NCBI GenBank assembly: GCA_963827655.1 | Contig: CAWHCF010000044.1 | Location: forward strand, 200,693-264,692 | Length of the DNA: 64,000 bases | Direction: 5' to 3' | Source of the DNA: an uncultured Acidobacteriota bacterium | Lineage (GTDB): Bacteria; Acidobacteriota; UBA6911 | In this document: piece after piece, positions 1-10,244 of the stretch | Layout: each line of letters opens with the position of its first letter | Position numbering within the stretch: the first letter of the stretch is position 1 | Position numbers and translations under genes: made by a program | Notes under the pieces: model-generated | What the model was told of the DNA's origin: nothing | Database searches by the model: none | The model's input: only the letters and a program-made list of their open reading frames with translations

Positions 1-1
1 T

Positions 2-77
2 CCGGCCGGCCCCAGCGGCGTCAAGGCTAAACCCTTTGGGCGCGCTGTGCGCGGCCTTGACCCCGCGGGCCGACCGG
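2..77. repeat. GC-rich imperfect inverted repeat (hairpin)
   Basis: CCGGCCGGCC...TCAAGGC pairs with GCCTTGA...GGCCGACCGG and is followed by AATTTTT. Confidence 0.4.
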
Positions 78-410
78 AATTTTTGGCCGCTAAGAGGAAA
101 ACAACGGAGAGTAAACCAACTTCTCGGCATGGTGGGACTGCCCGAAAATACCACTGGTATCCGTTTTGGAACCGGTTCCTAGATGGGGCGTCCCGAAAGC
201 GCTCGCACATTTTTCGCCACCGCGCGAATACAGGATTGGGTGTCCGATCACTACACGATCGGCACGGATAGAAGTTTCATTCGGGGTCTATCCCCGAATC
301 AGACACCGAGCCACCAGCTGCAGACGTAACCAAGGAGGTCAACCGAAGGAGCTTGACACCCAAGACTACATAGAAGTGGTATTTGTTCCGCAAGCAAGCT
401 TGCGCCAGTC

Positions 411-1427
411 CTACGTTTGAATCCGAACCTTGCGCTTCGCCCTGGCATCCGCAGTTCTGGAGCCGATTTCCAAATGCGCTCGCCCCACCGACCGGAAGAT
501 GTTGGGAGGTTGCCGGGGAGCGCGAAAACGGACGCTGCAATCGGCGCGATCTGTATGATGGCAGTAGACCGCGCGTCCCGATGGCTCTTCGTACTTCGCA
601 AGCACCATCTCGGCCCACGGGAGCGTCAGAGCGACAACGACCTCTTCTTCTCCGAGACTCCCTTTCCACTCCCAGGGACTCTCCCACCGCTGTCCCCATG
701 ACGTCTCAGGCCGAAGCTGAAGATGTTTTTCCTTCCAGACCAGATGACCGAAACTCAAGCGATTCATTAGAAAATTCCCGACCAGATGCGGCTGGGCGAT
801 CAGTCCGGTGACGTAGGCCGCCAGGGGATCGCTTCCCTGCTCGAGAAACGAGCTGCAGTGAAACCAGACCCACTCGGCGGGATACCGCCTTCCCCAGGCG
901 TGAATCTGCTGCCCGGTATCATTGTTGAGGATGAATGAATGATCGCGGATCTGGATCTTCCCCCCGATCGACATGAAGGGATGAGGTGTCAGCACTTTTG
1001 AACCAATCATGCCCGTCTTGTAGAAAACCTCGGGCAAATAGTGCAGCGGATCAGTCACCGGTTCATAGACCAGGTCCCAGGTTACAGGCGTGCCATTGGC
1101 CTCGATCATACCGGTCATGCGTCCTGATTGGAGGCTGCAGGGACCCATTTTCAACAGAAAAGGGTAGGGCTCCGCAAAGAACTGGTTCGCAGGGTATATC
1201 TGAGCCACGGCCACATTCGCATCTCCTAAATCCGGAACATACGACGTAAACAAAACCTGGACGCTGATCTCTTCCCGGCGAGGCACCAGCAGCGAGTACT
1301 GAATCCAAAAGCCTGCTCCCGAGGTCAGCTGGTTCATGGTCGTAGACCAGGTCTCGAAATGAGAACGAGTATGGCCGTCCCAGCGCAGCCGTTTTAGCGG
1401 ATCCAGTCGGGTGGCATCATCTTCCAT
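411..1427 (-). CDS. Hypothetical protein, tocopherol cyclase/CrtC-like beta-barrel fold
   Basis: The tracked ORF 411..1739 overlaps the upstream gene, so the likely start is ATG 1427 (MEDDATRL). Motifs FETW...GFWIQYSL and HAWGRRYPAEWVWFHC resemble tocopherol-cyclase-like proteins. Confidence 0.5.
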   Translation of the reverse strand: MEDDATRLDPLKRLRWDGHTRSHFETWSTTMNQLTSGAGFWIQYSLLVPRREEISVQVLFTSYVPDLGDANVAVAQIYPANQFFAEPYPFLLKMGPCSLQSGRMTGMIEANGTPVTWDLVYEPVTDPLHYLPEVFYKTGMIGSKVLTPHPFMSIGGKIQIRDHSFILNNDTGQQIHAWGRRYPAEWVWFHCSSFLEQGSDPLAAYVTGLIAQPHLVGNFLMNRLSFGHLVWKEKHLQLRPETSWGQRWESPWEWKGSLGEEEVVVALTLPWAEMVLAKYEEPSGRAVYCHHTDRADCSVRFRAPRQPPNIFRSVGRAHLEIGSRTADARAKRKVRIQT

Positions 1428-1497
1428 GCTCGTAGAATCGTCCGTCCTGTATTTCTTTCTTAGCGGTGGCTTCTTTGCCGGAGCGAGAATGGTCTGC

Positions 1498-3225
1498 TCA
1501 GTCGATTCTGCTGTACGATTGGATGGCAACCAGACGTAACCCGAGCCCCACCGCAGCCACTCCCAACAAGACCCCCGTCGGGGAAAACATTCCGGTGCCG
1601 CTTGCCAGAATTGCGTACCATACGACCCTCCATCCCAATTCCAGTCGCGCCGCGCACCAGATAACAAAAGTGTAAAAGACCATGCCGGAAGCCCCAATCC
1701 AGATGCGGTTTCCGACTCGCCCTCCGGAACCCTTGCCAAGTCCAGTCAAACCCCAAATCCATGCCGGCAGTGCTAGAAAAGTCACCGTCCAGTAACGGTT
1801 GTGCCCAAGCCCAACGACGATTACTCCCAACAAGACGGTCATCAGGAGTAATTTCGATACAAAGAAATCGGGCCGGGCCAGATTTCGGGTTAAGGGTTTC
1901 CCGGCAAAATAAAGGACCACGGCGCTCACGATCGCCACTCCCAGAATTCCGCTTACCACTCCCCAGGCCGGATTCTGCAGAACCGGATCTTTGACCGGGG
2001 CCGGATAGAGAGTGTAGCGAGGGATGAGACGCAGAATTCGGAAGAGCGCAATCGAGAAGTATGCCAGCGCGAATGGAAGCGTAGCTGCCAATAACGCAAG
2101 CGCTTCTCGCGCGACGCGCGCCAGATTCAAGTATTTCCGATGGTTTGCAAAATGAAACCAGAGCATCGCAAGAAACGGAACAAAGCTGGCATATTGCAGG
2201 CCGGCGATCCACGACGGCGCAAGATAACGATCACTTCGCACCCTGAACCATTCCATCGATTCTTGCTCAACCGACGAGAGTGCATCGATCGTTCTCAATA
2301 TTCCTTCTGCAGTCTGGCCGAATGTCCTGATACTCCCAACGTTCATGTTTTCGATCAGGTCGCTCTCGGAATGATAAACGGCGCGCTCGCGCCAGCGGTC
2401 CTGCGACCCGCTCCCGAGGTTGATGGCAGGAGTTCCCTCTCGGAGGAAAGGACCCTGGTCGTTCCAGGAGATGAGAAGCGCCCGCTCCAGGTGCTCCCTG
2501 AAGCTGGACGGTTCTCGCACAGCAAGACCACTCTGACCGGCTGCGCGCCGGGCGATATCCCGCAACCAGGGAGGCGCGTAGCCTCCCATCTGCCCTACGG
2601 TGTTAAGGCGAAGCTCGGCGATTTCGCCCACAGCGACGTAATCAAGCGATATTACTGCCACAATGCGGCCCCGTTCCGAGTAGCTGCGAGCTATGTCCAG
2701 CGCGCCCAGCATCCCCCATTCCGCACCATCCGACGCGACCAGCAGAAGGGTGCGCCGGGGAATCTCGGTCGAAAAAGCGCGCGCCAACTCCAAGAGCGCG
2801 CCGATACTCGAACCATTGTCCATGGCTCCCTGCCTGGTAGTGGGGGCGGTATCGTAATGGGCCATCGCAGCTAGAATCTCGTGGCTTCGCCCCTCTTTGA
2901 TGGCCAGGACATTCCTCCCTACCTGGCGCCGGCTCGCAATAATGGCATCAAAATGTGTATAGCCGACCTCGTAGCCCAATGACTCAAACTGCTGCTTGAG
3001 GTATCCCGTCGATTGCCGGGATTCGATCGAACCAAGCACCCGGCGCGGAAACCTGGTAACGAATTCCCGCGCAAAGCCAAGGGCTTGCGCAGCGTCGAAC
3101 CGCGCAGGAGATTGAACAAGTGGAAGAGGGTCTGCCCTGGATTGCACAAACAGGATGCTTGCCAGCCAGCTCAAAAAAACGGCGGCCATCAGGACCATAA
3201 TGACTCGGGTTTGTTGTCGATCCAT
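1498..3225 (-). CDS. M28 family metallopeptidase-like membrane protein (N-terminal TM, M28 domain, multiple C-terminal TM helices)
   Basis: Motifs AHYDT, GAMDNGSS, DGAEWG, SLDYV, YHSESD; hydrophobic C-terminal third; likely start MDRQQ at 3225. Confidence 0.8.
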   Translation of the reverse strand: MDRQQTRVIMVLMAAVFLSWLASILFVQSRADPLPLVQSPARFDAAQALGFAREFVTRFPRRVLGSIESRQSTGYLKQQFESLGYEVGYTHFDAIIASRRQVGRNVLAIKEGRSHEILAAMAHYDTAPTTRQGAMDNGSSIGALLELARAFSTEIPRRTLLLVASDGAEWGMLGALDIARSYSERGRIVAVISLDYVAVGEIAELRLNTVGQMGGYAPPWLRDIARRAAGQSGLAVREPSSFREHLERALLISWNDQGPFLREGTPAINLGSGSQDRWRERAVYHSESDLIENMNVGSIRTFGQTAEGILRTIDALSSVEQESMEWFRVRSDRYLAPSWIAGLQYASFVPFLAMLWFHFANHRKYLNLARVAREALALLAATLPFALAYFSIALFRILRLIPRYTLYPAPVKDPVLQNPAWGVVSGILGVAIVSAVVLYFAGKPLTRNLARPDFFVSKLLLMTVLLGVIVVGLGHNRYWTVTFLALPAWIWGLTGLGKGSGGRVGNRIWIGASGMVFYTFVIWCAARLELGWRVVWYAILASGTGMFSPTGVLLGVAAVGLGLRLVAIQSYSRID

Positions 3226-3230
3226 GAGGA

Positions 3231-3258
3231 CTTTGCGTGTCTTCGCGCCTTCGTGGTG
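3231..3258 (-). repeat. 9-nt-periodic REP-like repeat
   Basis: CTTTGCGTGTCTTCGCGCCTTCGTGGTG. Confidence 0.7.
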
Positions 3259-3341
3259 ATGCTCGTCAAGGCGCGCTACCAACGGACGCCGAGGAAAGCC
3301 GGAAGCGACGGGCCGCCAGAGTCTAACACAGGATGCTCATG

Positions 3342-3350
3342 TGCTATCAT
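3342..3350 (+). promoter_or_regulatory. Putative extended -10 promoter of polX
   Basis: TGcTATCAT about 47 nt upstream of the GTG start. Confidence 0.4.
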
Positions 3351-3373
3351 CCTTCAGCATTAAACACATTTAT

Positions 3374-3399
3374 CCTGGCGTCCTGGAGTCTTCGCGGTG
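3374..3399 (-). repeat. 9-nt-periodic REP-like repeat overlapping the polX start codon
   Basis: CCTGGCGTCCTGGAGTCTTCGCGGTG. Confidence 0.7.
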
Positions 3400-5136
3400 A
3401 GTAAAACCGATCCATTCCACAGGGGAAAGAAGCAGGTAGCCGAAATCCTGGAAGAGATCGCCGCTCTGCTTCAAATCAAAGGAGAGAATCCATTCAAAAG
3501 CCGTGCCTACACCAACGCGGCGCGTGCGATCCGAACGACCCAGGAGGATCTAACCGAACTGGTAACCTCGGGCCGGCTTCAAGAAATCAAGGGAGTTGGC
3601 GGCGCGCTCGAAGAAAAGATAGCCGAAATCGTAACCACCGGGCAGTGCAAGTATCACCAGGAACTGCGAGCTCCCTATCCGCCGGGCTTCATGGAGATGT
3701 TGAAGATACCGGGATTAGGAACCGGCAAAATGAGGGTGCTCTGGGAAAAACTTGGAATCAGCACGATCGGTGAACTGGAATATGCCTGCAACGAGAACCG
3801 GCTTGCGCTGCTGGAAGGCTTCGGCGAAAAAACCCAGCAGAAAATTCTGAAGGGAATCGACTACATCAAGCGGCATCGCGGCCAGTATCTCTCAAACTTC
3901 GCGCTCAGGGAGGCGACTGCTCTGCTCGAATCTCTGGGCGAGTCGCCTGACGCCCGACAAGTGAGCCTGGCCGGCAGCTTGCGCAGACGCAACGAAATCG
4001 TCAAAGACATTAATATCATCGCGAGCTCCCCTGACCCCCGAGCTCTGGTCACGCATTTCGTCGCGCTCCCTCAGATCGAAGCCATCGTGGAGCAGGACGA
4101 GACCAGGGCCACCGTTACCCTGATTTCGGGGATCAAGTCCGACTTGCAAGTGGTGAGTGAGAAAGAATTCCCTTACGCGCTGCGCTATTTCACGGGATCG
4201 AAAGAGCACAATGCCGCCATGCGCAGGCGTGCTGAATCAATGGGTTTGAAGCTGGATGAGCGCGGCCTGTTTCGCGGAGACGATCTCGTGGCCTGCAGAG
4301 ACGAGGACGAGCTCTTCGCCAGGCTTGGCTTAGCCGATATCCCTCCCGAACTGCGCGAAGATATGGGTGAGATCGAGGCGGCCGAGAAGAACTCGCTCCC
4401 CGGCCTTGTCACGGAAGATGAGCTTCAGGGAATTCTGCATGTCCATTCAACCTATAGCGACGGCACCGGCACGCTGGAAGAGATGATCGTGGCCGCTGTT
4501 CGATTGGGATACAAGTACATTGGTATTTCAGACCACAGCAAATCCGCCTTTTACGCCCGCGGACTGAGCGAATCGGACATCGCCCGCCAGCAGGAAGAAA
4601 TCGCGGGAATTCAGAAGAGGTTTCCGGAGATCAGGATTTTCAAGGGGATTGAATCCGATATACTGGCCGATGGTTCTCTGGACTATGATCGATCGACCCT
4701 CGCGGCCTTCGACTTCGTGATCGGCTCCATTCACAGCCGTTTCAACATGACGGAACCGGAGATGACTGCGCGCGTCATTCGGGCGATTGAAAATCCTTTC
4801 CTTACGGTATTGGGTCACCCCACGGGCCGGCTTCTTCTGTCTCGCGACAGCTACCCGCTGGACGTGCGTAAGGTCATCGACGCGGCCGCTGCCAACCACG
4901 CCGCCGTCGAGATAAACGCGCACCCGCACCGCCTCGAGCTCGATTGGCGTTTCGGCAGGTACGCCGCTGAAAAGGGGGCCATGTTGTCGGTGAACCCGGA
5001 CGCCCACAATCCGGCAGCGCTTTCGGACGTGAATTACGGAATAGGAATTGCTCGAAAATCGTGGCTCGGGCGCGCCCAGATCCTGAACTGCCGGGATGCC
5101 GACGGCTTCCTGCAGTTCAGTCTCTCCCGCCGCTAG
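3397..5136 (+). CDS. polX: DNA polymerase X family protein with C-terminal PHP domain
   Basis: GENPFKSRAY, HhH motifs (GVGG, PGLG), AGSLRR, YFTGSK, IPPELRE; PHP ligands HVH, DH, GH, DAH. The polymerase DxD motif reads DIN. Confidence 0.93.
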   Translation: MSKTDPFHRGKKQVAEILEEIAALLQIKGENPFKSRAYTNAARAIRTTQEDLTELVTSGRLQEIKGVGGALEEKIAEIVTTGQCKYHQELRAPYPPGFMEMLKIPGLGTGKMRVLWEKLGISTIGELEYACNENRLALLEGFGEKTQQKILKGIDYIKRHRGQYLSNFALREATALLESLGESPDARQVSLAGSLRRRNEIVKDINIIASSPDPRALVTHFVALPQIEAIVEQDETRATVTLISGIKSDLQVVSEKEFPYALRYFTGSKEHNAAMRRRAESMGLKLDERGLFRGDDLVACRDEDELFARLGLADIPPELREDMGEIEAAEKNSLPGLVTEDELQGILHVHSTYSDGTGTLEEMIVAAVRLGYKYIGISDHSKSAFYARGLSESDIARQQEEIAGIQKRFPEIRIFKGIESDILADGSLDYDRSTLAAFDFVIGSIHSRFNMTEPEMTARVIRAIENPFLTVLGHPTGRLLLSRDSYPLDVRKVIDAAAANHAAVEINAHPHRLELDWRFGRYAAEKGAMLSVNPDAHNPAALSDVNYGIGIARKSWLGRAQILNCRDADGFLQFSLSRR

Positions 5137-5162
5137 ACCTGGCGTCTCTTTCGTGGTTAAGA

Positions 5163-6501
5163 ATGAAAGACCTTGAAGCAAACCGCTTCCGTCAGCAGGC
5201 GGAGGATGGTTGGTGGTCGCGTGAGCGGGTGCTGGTCCTCGCTCTTTTCATCGCCACGGCGCTCGCCTTTTATCTCTGCTATCTCCTGGCCTACCCATTT
5301 CTGCCGGCGCTCGCCTGGGCCCTGACGCTTGCTGTCGTTGCTCATCCGCTTCACGACTGGATTGCGCGCCGGATTTTTCGTCCCAACCTGGCGGCCGTGC
5401 TGGCGGTTCTCCTGGTTGCGACAACCGTCGTGGCTCCCGGGCTCTTTGTCACGCAGCGTCTGGTGCGCGAGAGCATGAAAGTCGTGGAGACAATCGAGAC
5501 CGAGGCTGTGAGCGGGCGGTGGCAGGCTATTATCCAGCGCAACCCTCAGCTCGCTCCGATACTGAAACGGATCGAAGCCCAGATGGACCTGCGCAATGCC
5601 GTTGAGGGCGCCGCTAACCTGGTCACAGAGCGCTTTTCATCTTTCGTGGGAGGATCGGTCTGGTTTGTGGGGGAGTTGCTCATTACCTTTTTCTTTCTTA
5701 TTCTATTTCTTGCGCGACCGCAGGCTGGCGCTTAACGCTCTCAAATCAATCATCCCTCTCTCAGACGCCGAGAACGAGCAAGTTTTCCAGCGCGTTGCCG
5801 AGACGATTTACGCGACTGTCTACGGGACACTCGCGGTTGCTTTGGTCCAAGGTTTTTTGGGGGGCATGGTCTTCTGGTGGCTGGGGATAGCCACGCCGTT
5901 CCTCTGGGGTGTCGTGATGGCGCTGCTGGCTGTCGTCCCAATGCTCGGCGCCTTCGTCGTCTGGTTGCCGGTCGCCGGTTTTCTTGCCCTGGAGGGAAGT
6001 TGGGGCAAAGCCTTGTTTCTGATAGCCTGGGGTGGAATCGTGATCGCCCTGGTTGACAATCTGCTCTATCCCGTCCTGGTCGGGAAGCGGCTGCGGTTGC
6101 ATACGCTCCCTGTTTTCGTCGCGATGCTGGGAGGTCTGGTGGTATTTGGAGCCTCGGGAATTATCCTGGGCCCGGTCGTTCTGGCCATCACGGCCGCGCT
6201 GATTGAGGTCTGGCGGCGACGCACCGCCGGCGGTCGCGCCGCCGAGGGTGGTATCAAGGACTTCTTTAGGCGCTTAGCGAAACGTTCAAACCAACATGTT
6301 GTCGTTCCGAAGGGGCCTTTCGTTCGGGGCGAAGTCCCCGGACGAACCTTGGAGTCTTCCGAGTCTTCGCGGTTAGTGAGACGGACGGGATTGCGAGTCA
6401 CTTCAACTCTGTCACCACAAGCTGGAACGCCATCCCCTTGCTGTCGTGTGACGTCGGTCCCGCGCCTACCGGGCAATAGACTTTGTATGTTCCCGGCTTG
6501 A
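5163..6501 (+). CDS. AI-2E family transporter (frameshift near 5700; C-terminal end uncertain)
   Basis: ORFs 5061..5735 and 5596..6501 join in a T-rich tract; motifs LFYFLRD, DNLLYP, FGASGIILGP. Confidence 0.8.
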
Positions 6502-6871
6502 GGTCAACCTGAAGCTCGCCGGTTTCCCCCGGTTTCAGATTCTTGCTCAACGCTTTCTCAAGACCCTGCCCCTGGATTTTCAGGTTGTGAGTTTCCGTGC
6601 CGCTGTTTGTGATCTTGAGAGTCCTCGCTCCGGCTTGGAGGGAAGTCGGCATCTCGATCTTCCATTCTGTCAGATTGACAGTCACAGGTTGTCCGGCTGC
6701 CACGCTGCTCGAAGAAGCAGGCTCAACCCGGTTTTGAAGCGAAGCAGTGGTGGGAGGAGTAGCGATATGTTGATCCATCGCGGCGCATGCGCAAATCAGC
6801 AACAGGACGCCGGCGCTCAGCGAGGCTCTCAGAACCGGGAGCGTCAGTGCCTTAGATCGATAGAAATACAT
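6398..6871 (-). CDS. Exported cupredoxin (type-1 copper) domain protein
   Basis: Signal peptide; HNL and YCPVG..SH...GM supply His/Cys/His/Met ligands; RBS GGAGGG upstream. Confidence 0.8.
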   Translation of the reverse strand: MYFYRSKALTLPVLRASLSAGVLLLICACAAMDQHIATPPTTASLQNRVEPASSSSVAAGQPVTVNLTEWKIEMPTSLQAGARTLKITNSGTETHNLKIQGQGLEKALSKNLKPGETGELQVDLKPGTYKVYCPVGAGPTSHDSKGMAFQLVVTELK

Positions 6872-7262
6872 AATCCCTCCTTGACACGTCCAGTAAGCCG
6901 GCTTGCTGGTGATTTGGGCGTTGCGAGCCGGGCGGTGAAGCCGGATCCTTTTACGAAGGATCTTCCATGGTAAGGCAATTTGTTAGCCACAATCGCCGTG
7001 CGGAAACTCTCAGCTGGCAGTCGAATCGGGTTTCCAGCTGGATTGCAACAAATAGAAGGCTTCCTGACGGGAGCTAACAAACAGTGACGACGTAGTAAGT
7101 AAGGACCCCTCGGCAGGGAAAAACACCCTCTTGAGAAGTGAGAAGTCCTCGAGATATTTCAATATTTTCGTTTCTTCAAGGCCGCGACGCCAGTCATCAT
7201 GTCAGGGGCGGGGATTCTTTGGAGTGCGCCAGTACTCCAAAATAGGTCACCGTAATTGTGAA

Positions 7263-8977
7263 ATGCGCTACTTAGTTTTTGCGCTGATCTCAATCTCCTT
7301 TGCGTCCTTGTGTCCTGGCGGTTTATTGATCGACTGCAGCTGCCCAATCTTCGGATGGAATCCGTTTCACCAACGTAACGGCCCAAACCGGCATCACCTT
7401 CAAGCACGTATCCTCTCCGGAGAAAAAATTCATCATTGAGTCGATGAGCGGAGGGGCCGCTCTCTTCGACTACGACAACGACGGTCTGCTCGATATCTAT
7501 TTGATCAACTCCCCCACTGTCGCCACAGCCGCGAATCCTCGCAGCGCCCGCAGCGAGCTGTGGCGCAACAAAGGGAACGGCACGTTCGCCGACGTAACCG
7601 AAAAATCGGGGCTGGGATATCCGGGGTGGGGAATGGGCGTTTGCACCGGCGACTTCAATAATGACGGCCGGGAAGACGTCTATGTCGCATGTTTCGGGCC
7701 CGATCATCTCTACCAGAACAACGGCGACGGAACTTTCACCGACGTGACCGAAAGAGCCAAGGTGAACGACTCTCGCTGGTCCACAGCCGCGGCCTTCGCT
7801 GACTATGACAATGACGGCTGGCTCGACCTGTTCGTGGCAAACTATGTCGATTTCAAGCTCGACAATCTTCCGGAGTTCGGAAAAGGACCAACCTGCCAGT
7901 ACCGCGGAATCGCGGTTCAGTGCGGACCGCGAGGCCTCCCTGGCGCCGGAGACGCCCTCTATCGCAACAACCGGGATGGGACCTTCAGCGAAGTCTCCGG
8001 GGCAGCCGGAGTATCGGATCCGGCCGGACATTACGGTTTAGCAGTTCAGTGGTGCGATTTCAACGAAGATGGCTACGTCGACTTGTATGTCGCAAACGAC
8101 AACCGGCCCAATTATCTCTACCGGAACAACGGTAACGGAACGTTTAGCGACATCTCGTTCCAATCCGGTGCGGCACTCACCGAAAACGGGTCGGAGCAAG
8201 CCAGCATGGGGGTGACAATCGGAGACTACGACCATCGCGGCCGCTGGAGTATCTTCGTCACCAATTTCTCCGGCGAGTACGACACGTTGTATCGCCATGA
8301 GAAGGATTTTCGCTTCACCGATGTCTCCCTGGCTTCGGGGACGGCGCTGTCCAATTTCCCCTTCGTAGGTTGGGGAACAAAATTCTTCGATTACGACAAC
8401 GATGGATGGCTGGACCTTCTGGTCGTCAACGGCCACATTTATCCCCAGATGGAGAACGCGAATCTCGGAACCACCTATCTGCAACGCAAGCTGCTTTACA
8501 GGAACAACCGCAACGGCACTTTCGCTGAAATCGGCGAGAGCCTGGGACCGGCGCTGACCGAAAGGACGTCGAGCCGGGGAGCCGCCTTCGGCGATCTTCG
8601 ACAATGACGGAGATATCGATGTCGTGGTGAACAACATCGATGGGGCTCCGACCGTTCTGCGCAACGACGGCGGAAAGAACAATTTCGTGACGATCCGGCT
8701 GATCGGCAGCGAGGGAAATCGTAATGCTTTCGGCGCCCGCGTGAAGGTCGTCTCGGGAGACCTGGCACAGATCGACGAGTGCCGCAGCGGCGGCAGTTAC
8801 ATCTCTCAGAACGACACGCGCCTGCACTTCGGCCTGGAGGGGAGACCGAATATCGACCGGATCACAATCCACTGGCCTGGTGGAAAGATCGAGAACGTAA
8901 CCGGTGTTCCGGCGAATCGCTTCGTGACTATCACGCAAGGGCGCGGCATCACGGCAATCAGGCGCGCCAACAGGTAA
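7263..8977 (+). CDS. CRTAC1-family protein (FG-GAP/VCBS repeats + ASPIC/UnbV), frameshifts near 7335 and 8597
   Basis: Repeated DxDNDGxxD motifs; C-terminal [13 protein letters not shown]...WPGG; joins ORFs 7131, 7444 and 8624. Confidence 0.85.
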
Positions 8978-8985
8978 CAGGCTTT

Positions 8986-9013
8986 AGAAGCCAGAAGTCA
9001 GAAGCCAGAAGTC
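8986..9013 (+). repeat. Heptamer tandem repeat (AGAAGYC)x4
   Basis: AGAAGCC AGAAGTC AGAAGCC AGAAGTC. Confidence 0.75.
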
Positions 9014-9059
9014 AGGATCAAGAATATCATTGAGACAGGCCCGGAGTGTGGCCAATTCG

Positions 9060-9325
9060 CAGGTTGCGGCAGCAAGCTGCCGCCTGGAATTTGGACATTT
9101 CGCAGGCTCGGCGGCGCGCGTGCGGTTACCAGGGCCGAAGGCCCGGCAGTGGATAGCCCCGCCCGCTAGGGCGGGGACTTGCACGACCTCGAGTCCGAGG
9201 TCCGAAGGACCGGCACTCCGACTGTGTCGCACCTTCGGCGCTCGTTTTAAACCTGAACTCTTTTCCCCGGCCTTACGGCCGGGCCTACGCACTGCCCGCC
9301 CTTCGGGCCTTGCGGCAGCTTGCTT
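9060..9325. repeat. Cluster of short palindromic REP-type hairpins
   Basis: GCGGCAGCAAGCTGCCGC, GGGCCGAAGGCCC, CCCCGCCC..GGGCGGGG, GGTCCGAAGGACC, CCCGGCC..GGCCGGG, GCCCTTCGGGC; a related inverted copy lies at 24885-24968. Confidence 0.7.
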
Positions 9326-9356
9326 CGCGGAGCAGCCTACTCGGCGGCGATAACCG

Positions 9357-10243
9357 TCACCGAGACTTCAGTAACTCCTGCGCGATCTTGAACTCGCGTT
9401 CGGCGTCATCCGCTCGCCCCAGACTCTGGTAGGTTTGGCCAAGCATATAGTGGGCGTTCGAATTCCTGGGATCGAGTTTGATCGCCTGTTCCAGCATCTG
9501 GGCTGCCAGGTTGTGAACCCCTTTGGTCTTGAGTATCTTCCCGAGCAGGAGATAAGGTCCGGTGAAATTAGAGTTGAGCCAGATCGACCGCTGCAACGCG
9601 GCCACAGCCTCGTCTAACTTCTGCAAACGTTCCAGCGCCTCCCCCAATCTAAAATGTGCCAGCCACAAGCCGGGGTTGATCGCAATCTCGGCCTGATACT
9701 GTGTGACCGCCTGCTCGAAATTACTCTTGCCCATGGCGGCCTCCGCCAGAACCAGGTGTCCCTGGGGAATACGCGCATCGGCCTCGAGGCTGCGCTTTGC
9801 TTCTCCCTCCGCGTGGTTCCATATTCCCTGCCGCAGAAACATCTGCGCATTGATCAGGAACCCTCGGGCGGAATTCGGCTCCACGCCGAATATCTTGCCG
9901 AACAGGATTCTTGCCTTTTCCACAGCCGAAGTCTGGATGTAGGAAAGGCCGAGGATGTTTTGATAATTGACGTTGTCGGGGAACCACTGCACACTTTGCT
10001 CGAGATACGGTATCGCCTCGGAGAGTCTTCCCATGAAGTAATGGGAGAGCCCGGTGAGCTGGACAGCCTGCTTGTCCTCAGGATTTTCTTGAAGCACAGG
10101 CCGGAGCGTTTCGAGTACCTGAGCGTACTCGCGCGCATCATACAGCCGCGACGCTTGCTTGATGCGGTCTTCTTGGTCTGAGGGGCGGCCAGAACCAGCC
10201 CGGCGCACAGACCGAGTGGCAGCAGGCACGCTAAGATTCTCAC
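9357..10243 (-). CDS. Exported tetratricopeptide repeat protein (frameshift near 10185)
   Basis: Multiple TPR units in ORF 9357..10229; signal peptide VRILACLLPLGLCAG in the adjacent frame from GTG 10243. Confidence 0.8.
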
Positions 10244-10244
10244 A

